A stretch of 64,000 nt of DNA from positions 744,001 to 808,000 of the forward strand of contig NIVC01000040.1 of NCBI GenBank assembly GCA_002269645.1. The letters are read 5' to 3'. The number at the start of each line of letters is the position of its first letter. Position 1 is the first letter of the stretch. Position numbers and translations under genes: made by a program. Origin of the DNA: Macrostomum lignano (lineage: Eukaryota). Below the pieces are notes generated by a model. It saw nothing but the letters and a program-made list of their open reading frames with translations. It had not been told where the DNA came from and did not search any database. This document shows, in pieces, positions 21,401 through 34,100 of this stretch.

Positions 21401-24400
21401 AATATGCCAGAAAATTCCGGCATTCAGCATTAAGGCACCTTTTGGACCATAGTTCGGAACACCCTGAATATACGCCGGACTAAATTTTTTAGTACGCCAG
21501 TGTACGCCAAATTTTGAGTGCATGCCCACTCTCAAATCTTTGCTGGTGTTGCAACAATAAATGACCTTTTTTACGTTGCAACAATAAATCACTTTTTTTA
21601 AATTGCGTGAAGTAACCTTTTTGAACTACTAATTTGGTTAGTACTTTTGCTTTTTTGCTGATATTATTTATTGCAGAAATTTAATACATGCAAAGATTTG
21701 TTTAAATTTTGTATTACGAGCTCTGAATACCCAGAAAGCTTGAAACTTGCACTTAAAAATAAACTTGTTTCATCTTTTTCACTTTTCACGAACTCTTCTG
21801 TGTGATTCTATTAATTGCATGCACACTAATTTTTTATGCTCTTTGATTTGATTCTGCAACTGCAAGAACCCATACTCAGGAAGGTGGCACAAGCCACGCT
21901 AAAATTTTGGCATGCAAAGTTGGCGTGCAAATAGGGGTCTCAAGCCACGCCTAAATTTTCAGCGTACAAGTTTTTTACTTGGCGTGTAACCTTGGCGTGC
22001 AATTACAAACTGACAGTATATCAACAAGTCAGATATAGATGTATACACTATATATATACAATATATAAAGTTAAACATGAACAATTGAATTTGAATATTG
22101 ATTAAACCAATTAATTGAGGCTACAGCCTAGCCTACAGCCAGGCCTACACTCTATAGCCTACATTAAAATTAAAATATCCAATAACTTTTAAACGCTCTT
22201 ATTTTGTGACTCTTGTAGACTTTTAGTTTATTTGTTTCTTGAAATGGGAAGAAAAAGTTTTTGATACTCACTATGTTCTTTGTAGCGAATTTCCTTTTTT
22301 TATATAAACTTTTGTTTAACGTAAGTAGAAAATTTATTTAAAAATAGTATCTAATACGGTTAATATTCAAATCACACGTACATGAGGCGTACATGATTTT
22401 TGGTATTCAAGATTTTTGGCATGCAACAGAAACGTCATGTTAAGGGTTTTAAAAAATTGGTGTACATTGGCATGCACCAAGGATTTTTCCATAAATTTAT
22501 TCCCGCCTGCACTTGCCACCTTCCTGACTATGGGCAAGAACATGTACATAACTTTTCGAATATGCATTTTTATACGTTAGATAGGCAGTGCTTACCCCCA
22601 CGGTACCGTAGGAACAATTTCTGTCTTATTCCAATGGTACCATGCGAATAATTTTCTGCTTATCTGCATGGCACACTGACAAGATAGCTGCCCTATCTTC
22701 TACATATGCCGTGCGAATAATTTTCTGCTTATCTGCATGGCACACTGACGAGATAGCTGCCCATTTTCTATATATGCCATGCGAATAATTTTCTGTTTGT
22801 CCGCAATATATGAATCATGCGAATTCACATGAGTAGTAAAATTCTATGGAAGCGGCAATGGACTATATTAATCACGGCGAGATCAGATTAGACTTTGCTA
22901 AAAATTTAAATAATAAACAATTCTTAGAGTTAATTTAATTTAAATCTTTTCTTACTACACAAAAAAATTCTTTCTCATAGAAAAAATCTTTATTTCTTTA
23001 GAACAAATGTTCAAGCCAAGTTATGTTGTTATACTGCACTCAAATCATATGTTCTAAACTTCCCACAACACGGCATATGTAGAAGATAGGGCAGCTATCT
23101 CGTCAGTGTGCCATGCGAACAATTTTCTTGCAGAAAATTATTTGCACAGTACTGTTGGAATAAGACAGAAATTATTCCTACGGTATCGTGGGGATAAGCA
23201 CTGCCTGTTAGATAAGTTAAGTACGCCAGATTTTAAAATGTAAAAAATTTGTACGCCAAGTGTACGCCAAAAGTCGTGAGTGTACGCCGGATTAATCCGG
23301 CGTACCCTCTTCCGGACTATGGCTTCTAGACTATGGATTTTCATTCCAGCATATGCCTACCATGATCTAGACTATGGGATATAGATTATAGGTTTCATTT
23401 TCGGTAGCAATTATTTGCTTCATTTACTGCTTGTTGCATTGGTTATGTGCTTGTTAATTTTTAGTGGCACACAATTTACTTGAATACTTAATTGGTATAA
23501 ACTAGCCTACTGGCATGGCATAGGCCCCTACACTTCACTAGATAGGCCCCATAGTCAGGAAGGTGGCAGAGTGTGCACCGGAACAAATTTTGGCCTCTCC
23601 CAAAATTGTGCGCCGTGCGCCGAAACAAAAACCCTCGTGTGCGCCGTTGTGCGCCCGCCACTACCTGCCTTGCGACAATAAAAGACCTTTTTTTACAACA
23701 TAGCAACAATTTTTGTGCGCCAATATACGGGACGGTTACGGGCTATCTATATTATATTATGAGAAATTGAGATCCGTTAAACCGAAAATAGAAATTTAAA
23801 AAATTTTTAATTTAATTTCTAATTTTTAAAACAAAACAAACATAAAAAGTAAGCAAATGGCAAAAACAAAGGTAAAAAGGAAAAGGAAAATATTTTATTT
23901 TATTTTTTATTTTTTGGTAGAATGCAGTGTTACATTAGATATAACAGTGAATAGTGTACTGTAACAAGTAACGACTTACATCGTTACATGGGATCGCCAC
24001 AAGGGTAACGCTGCATGTGGCGCGGCGCCCGCCGCGCCGCGCCGCCATGCGCCGGTGTCCTCTGGTGTGCGCCGTTGTGCGCCGCTGTGCGCCAGTGCGC
24101 CGCTGTGCGCTGTTGTGGCGCGCCGCTGTGCGCCGTTGTGCGCCGTTGTGTGCCCAAAAAGGGCTTGTGTGCGCCGGAATTTTCCGACCAAACTGCCACC
24201 TTCCTGACTATGGGATAGGCCTAATACTTTACTTACTTACAGTGTGCATATACCACAATTGGCAATATGGCATGTGCCCTCTTTAGTGCATGCATATATC
24301 AAAAATCAGGTATATGAGTGCCATAAGATTAAAAATACAGAACAGAAGTAAAGGCAAAGCAGACTTTAATATACTCACCATCATAACGTTCTGCTTGTTC

Positions 24401-24448
24401 AGAAAGCTTAGCAAAATAAACTTTGTCTTCACGATCTTCCTGAGACAT
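18450..24448 (-). CDS. YWHAE: 14-3-3 protein epsilon, 3 exons, 257 aa
   Basis: join(complement 24379-24448, 19131-19787, 18450-18496) = 774 nt. [71 protein letters not shown]. Confidence 0.95.
18545..19030. repeat. 24-bp minisatellite (gattagtgagacacctcactgaag) in 14-3-3 intron 2
   Basis: ~20 tandem units, each containing the inverted pair agtgag/ctcact. Confidence 0.92.
21869..22534. mobile_element. Non-autonomous DNA transposon (MITE), 666 bp, 6-bp TSD
   Basis: TIRs cccatactcaggaaggtggca / tgccaccttcctgactatggg; TSD caagaa at 21863-21868 and 22535-22540. Confidence 0.85.
22584..23206. mobile_element. Foldback-type MITE with long (~140 bp) imperfect inverted arms
   Basis: ggcagtgcttaccccc... 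at 22584 mirrors ...gggataagcactgcc ending at 23205; gttagata is duplicated at 22576-22583 and 23207-23214. Confidence 0.7.
23548..24214. mobile_element. Second MITE with the same TIR, 667 bp, 6-bp TSD
   Basis: TIRs cccatagtcaggaaggtggcag / ctgccaccttcctgactatggg; TSD ataggc at 23542-23547 and 24215-24220. Confidence 0.88.
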
Positions 24449-27225
24449 TTTGTTATTGCTAATCTGGAAATACAAAAAATAATATAAAAACAAGTCTGAC
24501 AGCTAAAAATGCGAGATCTTTCACTACACAAGCAGTAATAAATCGCTTTGCAAGGACGATTAGTCGCTTGAAGTTGTTTTTCAATTTTAAATCAATGCAA
24601 TTGTAGTAATAATTAAAACTTAGTAAAACAAAGTTTAAAAAGTTTTTATACGATACCTACCCACAGACAACTCATTTTTAGTATATAGCATATATCAAAA
24701 TTTTGTCAAAAACAAATTAATAACGAGGTTTGTTACTTCTAGGAATCTGTCAACACTTCAAAATAAATTTATTGGCCTTGCGACTGACAGGAGGAATCTA
24801 ATTTTTGAGAAATTTCTGAATCTAAACATATAGTTTAAAAAATTAACTAAATGTTCTGCATACCATGGCTATGACTAAGGAAGCTAAACGATCGATACAC
24901 ACACTAAACGGTTATAAATACTTTCGCTGGCTTAGAGTGTAAAGTGGTACTTTCTCTGTTAAAGGTTTGCGACAGTAGTGGCTCGAAACGACCATTGAAG
25001 CATCGGAGATTTCAGTACCAGCCAGCAGATACTTAAAAATTCTAGCAAACTCAAACAAATTATTTTACGTCAGTACCTGATTTGAGTACAAAAAGCGCTA
25101 TTTTTTGTTTATTTATGGCGTAGACTTAAGTTGCTTTTAACATATAGTAGGTTATTCTAAAAATTACCAAACACTGCAAAATACATTGAAATACGTATTA
25201 TACGTACTAAAAGCTAATTAATTAATTTTTACCGCTCGCCTAATTATATTACATTAGACTGTTTTATTTCTGATATGTGCAATTATTAAATTATTACCGC
25301 AGTCTGAATAAGACAAAAATACATAAAGAGTGTTAAAGTGCTTAACAACAAATAAAGAACAGTTGTGTGATACGAATGTACAAACCAAAATCGTTCGTAG
25401 AACGTATTTTAAAAGGCCCTGAAAATAAAAGTTATAAAACAGTTGGATAACAGATGAGTTTATCGCTATTGGTTCTTTAGTTGATCTTTCATTGTCAGTT
25501 ATATAGATTTTCTGCGCTTTCGAACATTTTCTTACGAATAAAAAATGCAATATAAAATACAATTTTAAGTAACATTCAATTTTCAAACCTGTTGTTGATG
25601 CTTAATTTTATGCGATTGATTGAAAACTATTGACTTTAAAGTTAAACTTTAGCTTTAAAAGTTTTTAAAAGTTTGTGTGCATTATAAAAGACCTCACAGA
25701 TGTAGTAGTTATTTACCAAAGTAATATCCTATTTTTTGGCAACCAACAGAACAAAATGAATGTTACGCAATCCTTAGTGCTAAAAAAATCGTTTTTAAGA
25801 GAATAGAAATTATGGAAAAGAATTTTAAATAAAAGGTGGCTTGTACAAGTAAAAAGTATCAAAACATATCCACATGAACATGCTTTGTACTTGACACAGA
25901 ACAGTAATTTAGTAATGATGGAATTTTGCTCTACATGTAGTTACAATTTATTACTTAAGAAAGACATGAAAGTACAGAGGCAGCAAATATATGTACAGAA
26001 ACAGGAAAAAACTAACTGAATAGACGTATAGCAGAAAAAACAAAAATCCTAACTAAACAACTTCAGGCAGCAGGCTTAAAGCCATTGATATTATCGGAAA
26101 ATTATTATTTAACTAAGAAAATATTAGTTATTTCTTTATTTGATTTCAGTAGCGAAAAATGTTCTGTATATTTAAACTGCAGACTTTTGATACGCTAGTG
26201 ATGATACTACAGAATAAAGTAGTATTCTAGTATACTTAGTTTATATTAGCAAAACCGAAAAGAATTCGCACCTGATACTACTCTATGACGCAACGGATTA
26301 GTAAGTAGCTGGATAAATATCAACAGCACATAAAAATGCAGTAGCACGAAGTGTTGACAACAACTTGACATAGTCTATGTAAACAATTTTTTTTGAAAAA
26401 AAAACTGCTTGAAAGTAATGAAGCGTGCTTAAAATTGATTTTTACACGCCTAGAAAAAAACAAGACGCTACTTGAATAAAACACGGCGTTTATACGCAAG
26501 TACAGTATATCGGATTCGGAATTTCCCGGCACTGCTGCGCTTAAGTGAAGAGGTACAGGCACTTTTTCAGCAAAAAAGCAACATTTTCAATACGCTAAAG
26601 ACTGCCAATTGACTTGCATTGATTTTTTAGCGTTTTTTCGGACCTCTTTTCTCACAGAAGGTAGACCCAAGGACTACTTAAGTAGGACGGGGAAACTACG
26701 TAAGTTTCTTGGAAAGTTTTATGAAGCAGGTTTTACCGAAAAGACATTATGGACCTGTAGAATTTCATTTTCAGCACAAAAATTGTTATTTACTTTTAAT
26801 AGGAGGCAGACCTAATGTTTATTGTTTATATGACTTGCCTTTCTTGTAGCTCTATAGATATTCATAGAGCTTTTCGTTAATAAAATCAGGATTTCACAGT
26901 AGTTTCACATAGTTTCACAGAAACGTAGTTTCCTGCCCTTCTACTTGAGTAGCCTTTAATTAAACCTCTAAAATTTTTCTCTGTCAAAAGCTGCATCTGG
27001 TCACACTCTGTACGTTGCTCTTTCTCAGCCTCATTATTCAAGCTCAATGATTAAAACGCAATATGGGTAAAGGGCAGGAGTAACTATAACTGCATTTTAA
27101 TAAACAAATGCTAATCTAACTAGTAAAATGCTAATTTTAAAATTTACAAAACATTGAATTTTAAGTGAGAAAATGAGGTTTCACACAATTAATCCCACAC
27201 CAAGTAGTTTTAAACAAGGTCTAGG

Positions 27226-30200
27226 CTACAATTCCATGTCTTCAGCTGGTTCGGCGTCACTAAACTCCGACATCGAGCTCTCGTCGTCGTCGTTGGTGCT
27301 TACTTGAGCAGTACCGTCAGCGGCGGCAGCTCCGTGAGCACCATTTGTTGATGAAGCTCCGCCAGCAGCTGCTGCAGCTGACGATGCAGAGGCGCCGCTA
27401 TCGCCTCCAGCCCGACTGTCCTCACCTGGCAGGCGCTGCAGCGATCGCAGAGCGGCTTCTGTAGCGTACAGTTGAACATATTCGCGCACCTTGGCTCGAT
27501 AATCCTCTGGCCGATGCAGATAGAGCGAAGCGGCAGCTCCATTTAGCGGATCCATTGGGTTTGGATAAGCCAGGAGCTGGGGCAGAAACGACTCAAATAT
27601 GTTTGTCAGGTCTGCATTGGTTGTGTTTTTGAGCTTACATGTAGGCTGAGAATTGGCCTTGGGTACGTGTTGGTTTTATTGCGCTCATAACATACGTGAC
27701 TTTGCTCAGACACTGACACATTTAATTAAAGATCTGTGGTTAGTCACTATTTTGAGCAAGAGTAGGAATGCCAATACAAGAGTTCCACCTAGAGTCCTAG
27801 ACTACTAGATTCTTAAGTAAGATTCTAAGAGTGAAACTCCCAGAGTAAGATTCTTAAGAGTAAGACTCCCAGAGTAAGATGCTAAAAGTGAGACTTCCAG
27901 AGCAAGATTCTAAGAGTGAGACTCCCCGAGTAAGATACTAAAAGTGAAACTCCCCGAGTAAGATACTAAGAGGGAGACTCCCCTAGTAAGATTCTAAGAG
28001 TGAGACTCCCAGAGCAAGATACTAAGAGGGAGACTCCCCTAGTAAGATTCTAAGAGTGAGACTCCCAGACCCAGAGAAAGATACTAAGAGGGAGACTCCT
28101 CTAGTAAGATTTTAAGAGTGAGACTCCCAGAGCAAGATACGAAGAGTGAGACTCCCAGAGCAAGATACTAAGAGGGAGACTCCCCGAGTAAGATACTAAG
28201 AGTGAGACTTCCAGAGCAAGGTTCTAAGAGTGAGACTCCCCGAGTAAGATTCTAAGAGTGAGACTCCCAGAGTATAATATTCTAAGAGTGAGACTGCCAG
28301 AGTATAAGATTCTAAGAGTGAGACTCGCCAAGTAAGATACTAGGAGTGAGACTTCCAGAGCAAGATTCTAAGAGTAAGATTATAAGAACAAATTCTCCCA
28401 GGTATGAATCATATATAGACATGCAAAATGCGCCAAAATCAATGATACAGTGAACTGGTGAACAGGTTAAATTACTTGAACATCAATAATTCTATCTCTT
28501 GGTAGGGGGTTCGATTCTCGACCCACTCCCATTCTCTTGTGTCATTGAGCAAGATACTTAACTCTGTATTGCTTCAGTTCAACCCAGCTGTAAAGTGGGT
28601 GCCAGCATTAGCTGGGGTAATTGAGGGTGAGTGTGGTGACCCTCCAATCCTTGGACTGATCAGCCATATGCAGTTTTCAGATGCATTACAATAGCTGCAG
28701 CTGAGCTGTTGGTTCCACATCTGCCCATCAGGACAGGCTTAATCAATTGTTTTTAATTAATGCTTTAATTTGGATTGTGACAAAAAGATAAATAGATTAT
28801 GGTTTACCATACAGAGCAGACCAGGTTTGGTTAATAACATCTAGACAAACAGAACCAGATCTGGAATAAATAAAAAATACTTGAGATTTGAATTAGTTAA
28901 AAAAATATGATTTACAAAAACTTTCATAACACAATTATACTTACGCTTCATCAATGTTAGGATGAAATATTCTGTTCATAAAGCCTAAAAATAATGAATC
29001 AAAGATTGAGCATTGGATATCTAGTTGTTGACAATCAATAATAATTACAATAAATACTTACCAATTGATGGGGACTTGAATGGATATCGATCAGGTAAAT
29101 CTACTCGAACTTTCCAGACTCCGCCCTCATAAGGTGCTGCAAATTTTTTGCATTTGAAAGTGTTTTAAATAAATCTATTATTGAATAAAATACACTTGAA
29201 AAAGAAAACCACTTACAGTCAGCTGGTCCATGGAACTTGACCACAAACTCATTCAGGCCACCTAGTATTGTTACTTCATGCTTGCTTTCAACACTTTTGA
29301 ATGCAATTAAAGCAAATTGATATTTAAGGAAAATAAATGCAATGGCAAAAACAATGCTTCTACAAAGAAGATAAGTATATAAACAATTTAGTCAAAAAAT
29401 AAAAATATAAAAACTCAATCATAATCTTATCAGTCAATAATTAAGTATCAAAATGACAATTTTGAAATTATTGGAATATTTCAAAGAAATAAAAACAAGT
29501 CAGAAAATTTATATAATGGATTTCTAAACTCATTTAATGATTATCCCTATATGAATAAATTAGTCATTTCGGTGACAGTCCTTTTGGTGACAAGCAAAAG
29601 TCATTTTGGTAATAAGAAAAATACAATTTTAGTTATAGCCATAGCCATTCTGTTTTTAAACAGAAAATTACTTAGAAAATCTTAAGGTATATTGAGCTTA
29701 ATTTTTTTAGGCTTAAAGTATTTCTGTATTTAATTTTGTTTATTTACAATTATAGAGTTGCAGTCTTTTGAATTATGTTTTCTAATTTAAACATGCAAAA
29801 GCATCAATGAGTGAATATCTCCGCCTTTCTTGTGGTCTGCATTTCATGAGGATTCTCTATAGGTTTACGGTTTTTGTGTCTGAATACTTATGAAATCTTT
29901 GATTTTCATTGAAAATGAAGTGTGTGTATCACAATAGCAACTTGTCACTGAAACGACTATTTGTCACTGAAACGTCTGTCACCGAAACATCTTGTCACCG
30001 AAACGACTGGTACCTATATGAATGTATGGATTAGAAAAAAACCTTATGATATTCTAAAACAATGTTAAAGAGAATTGAAATCTAGGTCAAGGACCAAATG
30101 GAAAATTGTAGGCCTATAAAATAATACTTATTACTATATTTTAACTATTTTAGTTAAATTTATGATTTTGGTAACAAAGACTTTATGCCTGGTCCTATAA

Positions 30201-30439
30201 ATCTTCTGAATTGATATATGAAATTGATAGTAATAATTTAAATAATAAAGAATATAATTATTATTGTGGTTTCTTAGTTTCTAATGTGTATAATTTTTAA
30301 AAGAGTAATGTACCAGCAGATTGTATGAAGTCTGCAAAAAGAACAGTTATAATAAAGAAAATCGATACAACTTTTGCAAAGGATACAGTTTAATTACGTC
30401 AGTGTCCATTCGTCTCTTCCCGGGGCTAGGTGATGACAT
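27226..30439 (-). CDS. UBE2H: Ubiquitin-conjugating enzyme E2 H, 6 exons, 227 aa
   Basis: join(complement 30387-30439, 29217-29293, 29062-29136, 28945-28984, 28808-28860, 27226-27611) = 684 nt. [37 protein letters not shown] (catalytic Cys), ending [16 protein letters not shown]. Confidence 0.95.
27800..28385. repeat. ~28-bp minisatellite (taagagtgagactcccagagcaagattc) in UBE2H intron 5
   Basis: Tandem units. Confidence 0.9.
28445..28745 (+). mobile_element. Decayed tRNA-derived SINE
   Basis: B-box-like ggttcgattctc at ~28508, followed by tgtgtcattgagcaagatacttaac and aacccagctgtaaagtgggtgcc, which resemble central domains of CORE/V-type SINEs. No TSD found. Confidence 0.55.
29562..30014. 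mobile_element. Old MITE with repeated subterminal ggtgaca/tgtcacc motifs in UBE2H intron 1
   Basis: Left end agtcatttcggtgaca mirrors right end tgtcaccgaaacgactggtacc. Confidence 0.5.
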
Positions 30440-31184
30440 TTTTAAAATCTTGTCTCACTTACTCGACACAAACAGACAAACTTACTAATTACAAGATAAA
30501 GATTATTGTCAGAAACTATTTTGCGTACAACGCAAGCTAAAAAATCGCAGCAAGCACAGGCAGATTTGCTATTAGAATTCCCTCAGTTCATTTATAGTTT
30601 AAGACAAGAATACGAAATATGAAATTTACTCGCAGAGCTTCAGTGTGCTTCTCCGGTAATTGAAACTCGAAACTGAAAAGTTAAATTGCAATCAGCTGAT
30701 ATATACTTCAATTTTTATAGTAGTTTATAAAATAAGAAACGCATATTCTAAGTAACTTTTAAATTTAAAGTGCTGATAAGAGTTAAATACCTACGCAGTA
30801 ACGAGATTTACTAGAACCAGTGTTAAACTTTGTTCTGTTTTAAATCACCTATTTTCTATGAAAGATCTGTCTATTTTTTCTGTTTTCATAACCCTTATCC
30901 GCGTTCGAAGGTACGAGAAAACTGTGTATCAATTTGACAATCAGCACATGTCGGTTAGCCAGCAGAAAGCGTCACCATTAGCATTATTGATTCGAAAATT
31001 TGTTCGGGTTTAATACTTCGATATAGAAACATTTTTAGTTGACCAATTTCTCCATTTTATCGTCTTGGACTTTTCAGAGCATTATCGAATCACACAATTA
31101 TGCCAACCTGTTGATTACATTGAACACAGAATCAGAATTGAAAGCCTAACGATAGCAATCAGGCTCTCCAGAAACATTTGATTT

Positions 31185-34100
31185 ATGGATGAATTAGGTA
31201 TGTCATAATCATAATTTATATTGAATTGATGACAGTTTATATTATAATCAGTTGTATACTAGGCCTATGAGTAGGCCTATGAATTTATAGTCTTAATCAT
31301 AATCTAAAACTCTAATTCTATATCAATAATTCTGGATAAGTTCATGGTAGTTTTTACAATTAATCTATTAGTATTAGGCCTAAGTTGAATATTTGTAGAT
31401 TGTTCTGATATTCTATTTTCTGAAATTCAGAAAAAAGTTCTGAAATTCTTGATATTGCGTTTTTTTAATATGCAAAGTAAAACAACAGATATATTGTACT
31501 TTTCTGCTTGCAATGTCAAGTATAGTTTTGCGCCAATAAAATTTAATTTAAGAGTTTGTACGAATATAATATTGATAATTTAAATAACCCTTTGAGTGGA
31601 AAAGTGCAACTATTGAATTTTACTTCTTTGCTTCAACGCAATACGTTAACAACGACGTTATGAGTTAGTTACGAGACTATGAGTATCTGGTACTGGTGTC
31701 TGATTGTCCATAAAAGGAATACTAACTATGTCTATACTTCACGTATGAGTCGTATGACATTGACAAGTGTACGACAGACAGACATGTAACATGTTTACAT
31801 GTACAACAGTGTACGACATAGTGCCCCCCAAAAATTAGCGATGTATGACATGTACGACAGGCGATCCCTGTATACGACGGAGATTTCTGGCATATACCCG
31901 TCTTTCCGCACTATGGCTTATCTATAACAAAATACAACTATAATTGCAATATAATTAGTAATCTTAATCTACAATTAATAATCTTCTAAAAGTCAATTGC
32001 GACTCTGGAGCATCTTTTGTTCTTTCATACTTTGAAAATTAGCAACTATAGAGCATCTCTTGTGACATTTTAACAACTATAAATAATTTTATAGTAAAAA
32101 AAATACATACTATACATTAACAGAAAAATTGAATACTAACATAGCATTCATTTACATGCTCATATAATAAATGAATTGATGGCCTTAACTTTCTAAATAA
32201 TCACCAGAATGGGTTTTGGCCTTTATGTATATGAATTGCACAAAAACTTATTTCAGCTCAAGAGTATAGGCTCATTCCATATAAGATGGACATATTTGGA
32301 AAATAGAAAAAAGTCAATATTTTTGCTTGCCATTGCCTTATTAGCCTATTTTTTACCAAATGTTTTTTATGTACAATATATACAATCTAAGAATAAAGGA
32401 ATTGTAAAATGTTGGATTAGTATGTTATCAATTAGCAAAAAGTCATTTTTGTAAAAATTTTGACATTTTTTGAAGCAAAAGACATCATTAAGATTTTGTA
32501 CCTTTTAAAAACAAATAGAAAGCTTTTGAAGGTTGAAACAAACTATAGATAAAAGTATAGTACTTGCATCATCAGATAAAAGCATTGGTGACCAAATAAT
32601 CTATTATATTTTTAATATATTAGTACCTCAAAGTTACTGAATTGACAGAAAAAAATATGTTACGACCATAATGTTATGACTATAAGGCTGCCTTTTCTTT
32701 TGTATCTTTGTTGCCTTTTGAGTTTATATATTCTACAAAAAGAGTATGATTTCTAAAGATGTTCTTAGTCAAATTTTAAAAATATATTGCAAAATATCCA
32801 AAATGAAAAATGTTATTTAAGACTTTTACCTTTTAGTTTCTATATGTAAAAAATCCTGTTGTTACGAGCATAAGTGTCATTTAAGGTTTAATAGCATCTA
32901 TACTAATGATGATATCTATATGAAACTCTATAAATATATTCTAGACAAAACAATCTTTCATTTGAAATATTGGTTTAGTATAATCTATTATTAGATTTCA
33001 TTTTATAAGTAAAAATAGCCTGTCATGTTACGACCGTGCTTATATGGAATGAGCCTATAGGTCTACTTAGTCCATAAAGGTTTTTAAGCTTTTTATAATA
33101 TTGACTAGAACCATAGACATGACTATTACTAATTATTATTAAAGTTATGCCTAAGCCTAAGTCTTAGGTCTTAAGTCTAGGTTTAATTGAAAAAAAAACT
33201 TTATTAAATAAACAAATTGTTTAAATATTCTACTCCAACAGAAACCCTCATTGAGGAGTTGCAAGAATCTGTCAAGAAGGCAGTGAGCAGTCCACCAGCC
33301 AACTATGTTCGAGTTCATGAATTTGTAAGTAAAAAGTCACCAGTGTTATTAATCCATCATTTGTAGACTGCACCAACTAAAGTAAATTAATATTAATGCC
33401 TTATATGACAATCACCACTCCCACAACCAGTGCTGAGGCAATTCTGACGTTCTAATCGTCAAGCATTTACACTCTTGATGGTTGGCCCTCATGCCAATAA
33501 TGTTTTGTATACACAACAAGCCCTAAACAATGTGGCCAAATGTAATGGAATCTGACAATTTGCAGACTGCAGACTACGCTGAAGCTGCTCAACATTCCGG
33601 CTCTGTGTTTCGCGACAACATGAACGAAATCGAAAGAATGCTGGACCAGCTGGAGGAGTCTGGTTAGTAGTATAACATTAGTAGTACTGTATGCAAAACA
33701 TTCAATTTTTTTCTTTCATACTTTGAAAAGTAGCGAGTCTGGAGCATCTCTTGTGACTTTTCAATGACTCAAACGACTGCAATGCAACGCTGTGCATATT
33801 TTCAAAAATCCTTATCAGTTATCAGTGCTCATTCATTCTGCTAGCAATTAATTGGTTGACAGTTGTCAATCAATCGAATGCTCCTACGTTAGTTTTTTTG
33901 ACTCATTAAATAATTAAGATAATAGACTGAAAAATACTACATGTATTTTTTTAGACATGTTATTTGTGTTGTTAATCTTTCAGACTATCAGGCCAACGAT
34001 AAGAGCGCACCTCAGCGCAGGTGAGAATATGCTGACGGAAATTCTTTTTCTTTTGCAAAATCAAAATCTATTAGTTCGTGCTAATAAAGAGTATTATTCA

